Below are positions 62,218 to 64,000 of a stretch of 64,000 nucleotides of DNA, piece after piece. The stretch covers positions 66,083 through 130,082 of the forward strand of contig JADKCA010000008.1 in NCBI GenBank assembly GCA_016714795.1. The letters are read 5' to 3'. Position 1 is the stretch's first letter, and each line of letters starts with the position of its first letter. The position numbers were made by a program, and so were the translations under genes. The notes beneath the pieces are model-generated. The model did not search any database and was not told the DNA's origin. It worked only from the letters and a program-made list of their open reading frames with translations. The stretch is from Sphingomonadales bacterium (GTDB lineage Bacteria > Pseudomonadota > Alphaproteobacteria > Sphingomonadales > Sphingomonadaceae).

Positions 62218-63504
62218 ATCGGTTTGCTGGGCGCGACTGGTGGTTCATCATCCTGTTCGGCTCCATCTACATGTTCAATTTCATCGACCGGATGATCATC
62301 TCGGTAGTGGGAGAACCCATCCGCCGCGAGTTCGGCCTGTCCGATCTGCAGCTCGGCATCATGGGCGGGGTCGCATTTGCGCTATTCTACGGTGGCATCG
62401 GCATTCCGCTCGCGCGGCTGGCAGAGCGGGTGAGCCGGGTCGGGATTGTCGCGACGGCCACAGCGCTGTGGTCGGTCATGACAATGCTGTCGGGCGCGGC
62501 GGGCAATTACTGGCATCTGCTGCTGGCGCGCATGGGCGTGGGCATTGGCGAGGCCGGGTTTACGCCGCCTGTCATCTCGCTGATTGCAGACCGGTTCGCT
62601 CCCGAACGCCGCGCGACGGTGTTTTCACTGATTGCCGTAGGTGTATCTGTGGGCGGCGCGATTGGTGCACTGGGTGGCGGCTGGATTGCCCAGAATCACG
62701 GTTGGCGGATGGCGTTTCTAGTGATGGGCGCGCCGGGGCTGGCGCTGGCGCTTCTGCTGTGGCTGACGATCAAGGAGCCTGTGCGGCTCAATGCGGATGA
62801 TCCTGCGCCTGCGTTCGGTGTCGTGCTGCGTCGGGTGAGCAAGTCGCGTGCCTTTGTCAGTTTCACCTTTGGCAGCGGTATCGTCGCGCTGGTGGGCTTT
62901 GGGCTCAACCTGTTCCTGATCCCGCTTCTCGTCCGTCGCTTCGGCTTCGACTTGAAAGAGGCGGCGATCACCTTCGCGCTGACCTTCAGCGCTGCGACGG
63001 CGCTCGGCGGCGTGGTGGGCGGGATGCTGGCGGACAGGTTCGCTGCGCACCAGCACCAGCGCTACGGACTGCTTCCCATGGCCAGTTCGGCGCTGCCGCC
63101 CTTGCCGCTGTTTCTGGCGGCAATCAATCAGGATGACTGGCGGTGCCTTTTTGCCGACGATCATGACGGTGACGCAGCGCTTGGTCGAACCCCGGATGCG
63201 AGCGACGGCGGCGGCGATCCATGCGTTCGGTCAGACGGTGTTCGGGCTGGGCCTCGGCTCGGTCTTTCTCGGCTGGATGAGCGACCGGCTGGCCAGCAGC
63301 CATTACGGGGTAAGCTATGCGGCGGATTGCCTCGCGCGGAAGGCAGGGACACCCTCTGCCCAATGCGCGGCGGCATCGGGCACTGGGCTGCAACAGGCGC
63401 TGATGTTGCTCGGCTTGTTCCTGCTGCTCGCCATCGCCAGCTATTGGATCGCTTCCCGCCATATTGAAACCGAAATAGCGCAAAGTGAAGGACGCCCCGA
63501 ATGA
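62214..63504 (+). CDS. MFS transporter; +1 frame break near 63126-63135 as assembled
   Basis: 'FNFIDRMIISV', 'LARLAERVSR' and many TM segments. Past about 63130 the frame turns to nonsense, while the +1 frame (track ORF 63133-63504) continues with 'TVTQRLVEPRMRATAAAIHAFGQTVFGLGLG'. Confidence 0.75.
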
Positions 63505-64000
63505 CTGACCTCTACGATGCTGTGATTGTCGGCGCTGGCCATAATGGCATGGCAGCGGCGGGCTATCTCAGTCGTGCTGGCAAAAAAGTGGTCGTCGTCG
63601 AGCGCATGGCCAAGGTCGGCGGGATGACCAGTTCGGGCTATATGATCCCCGAAGCGCCAGATTATATGGTGACGCCTTGCGCGGTGGAATTGCTGTTCGC
63701 GCGCGGCTCGGGCATTATCGAGGATCTGGAACTGACGCGCCACGGCCTGACCACCATCGATCCTGATCCCAGCTATGCCTATCTACACCCCGATGGCCAG
63801 TCGATTGCCCTGTTCCGCGATTACAAGCGCACAGCCGACGATATTGCCCGCATCCATCCGGGCGATGGCAAGCAGTATCTGAAGTTCATGGAGGTGATGG
63901 ACGCGATGATGGACATCGGCTTCCCCATCATGATGGCGGAGCCGGGGCGGCCGGATTTCAAAACCCTTTCCAAGCTGATCTCCAGCGCCGTCCGGAATGT
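63501..64000 (+). CDS. NAD(P)/FAD-dependent oxidoreductase (phytoene-desaturase/CrtI-like), 5' part; continues beyond window
   Basis: ATG 63501 overlaps the MFS stop. 'YDAVIVGAGHNGMAAAGYLSRAGKKVVVVE' is a dinucleotide-binding motif. The frame is open to nt 64000. Not in the track because there is no stop. Confidence 0.75.
   Translation, partial: MTDLYDAVIVGAGHNGMAAAGYLSRAGKKVVVVERMAKVGGMTSSGYMIPEAPDYMVTPCAVELLFARGSGIIEDLELTRHGLTTIDPDPSYAYLHPDGQSIALFRDYKRTADDIARIHPGDGKQYLKFMEVMDAMMDIGFPIMMAEPGRPDFKTLSKLISSAVRN

Noticed and set aside
18121-63140. Programmed ribosomal frameshifting or phase variation as the explanation for the frame breaks
   Set aside because: There are no slippery heptamers, long homopolymers or downstream pseudoknot candidates at the sites. 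The breaks also occur in ordinary SDR, CMD and MFS genes. Technical indels or simple mutations are more parsimonious.
1-64000. CRISPR arrays, IS elements/transposases, rRNA genes
   Set aside because: I saw no regularly spaced direct repeats of 25-40 bp, no DDE/HUH transposase-like ORFs with terminal inverted repeats, and no rRNA-like sequence on either strand.

Overview
GC-rich segment (by eye about 60-65%, apart from two clearly AT-richer patches) of an alphaproteobacterial-type conjugative plasmid or ICE. I read it manually from the six-frame track and the DNA.

Layout:
(1) 1-19.2 kb: a co-directional, leading-region-like block. It holds a partial ParB-like gene, a GHKL ATPase, ArdC, MazEF and many small conserved hypotheticals (DUF3768-, DUF736- and DUF2493-type). 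It also holds an Xre / Xre-RES / Xre-RES toxin-antitoxin array, a MucR/Ros-like gene with an in-frame TGA, a tail-less ssb and an orphan Phd/YefM-like antitoxin. A family of structured non-coding elements sits in front of several of these genes.
(2) 19.4-35.8 kb: an accessory island bracketed by related repeat motifs. It carries two overlapping tyrosine recombinases, a PIN-type TA pair, and a four-gene MTase / SF2 helicase / GIY-YIG / GHKL-nuclease R-M-like module. It also carries a minus-strand AAA(STAND-like) ATPase-PRTase gene and a second ssb.
(3) 36.4-43.5 kb: an SbcD/SbcC-like pair, then an RloC/PrrC-like ABC-ATPase anticodon-nuclease-like gene coupled to a GIY-YIG gene.
(4) 43.7-51.2 kb: the transfer (Dtr) module, with a candidate oriT, an RHH protein, a type IV coupling protein and a MOBF-type relaxase-helicase. 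Backbone ORFs follow and end in a truncated DUF1173-type gene.
(5) 51.2-64 kb: a metabolic cluster with five SDRs, two VOC proteins, sulfotransferases, a tyrosine phosphatase, a CMD-family protein, an MFS transporter and a CrtI-like oxidoreductase that runs off the window.

I recognised no rRNA, tRNA, CRISPR array or IS/transposase.

Global caveat: at least eight otherwise intact-looking genes in unrelated loci are interrupted by single-nucleotide frame breaks, mostly at short G/C runs. Many of these are probably assembly indels rather than real pseudogenes.

Best candidates for undescribed biology:
- the MTase/helicase/GIY-YIG/GHKL-nuclease module (22.9-31.0 kb);
- the ~1100-aa ATPase-PRTase gene (31.3-34.5 kb);
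- the RloC-like + GIY-YIG pair next to SbcCD-like genes (36.4-43.5 kb);
- the covarying structured elements upstream of leading-region genes;
- a small acidic protein that ends in an SSB-C-terminal-tip-like peptide, while both ssb copies lack that tip.
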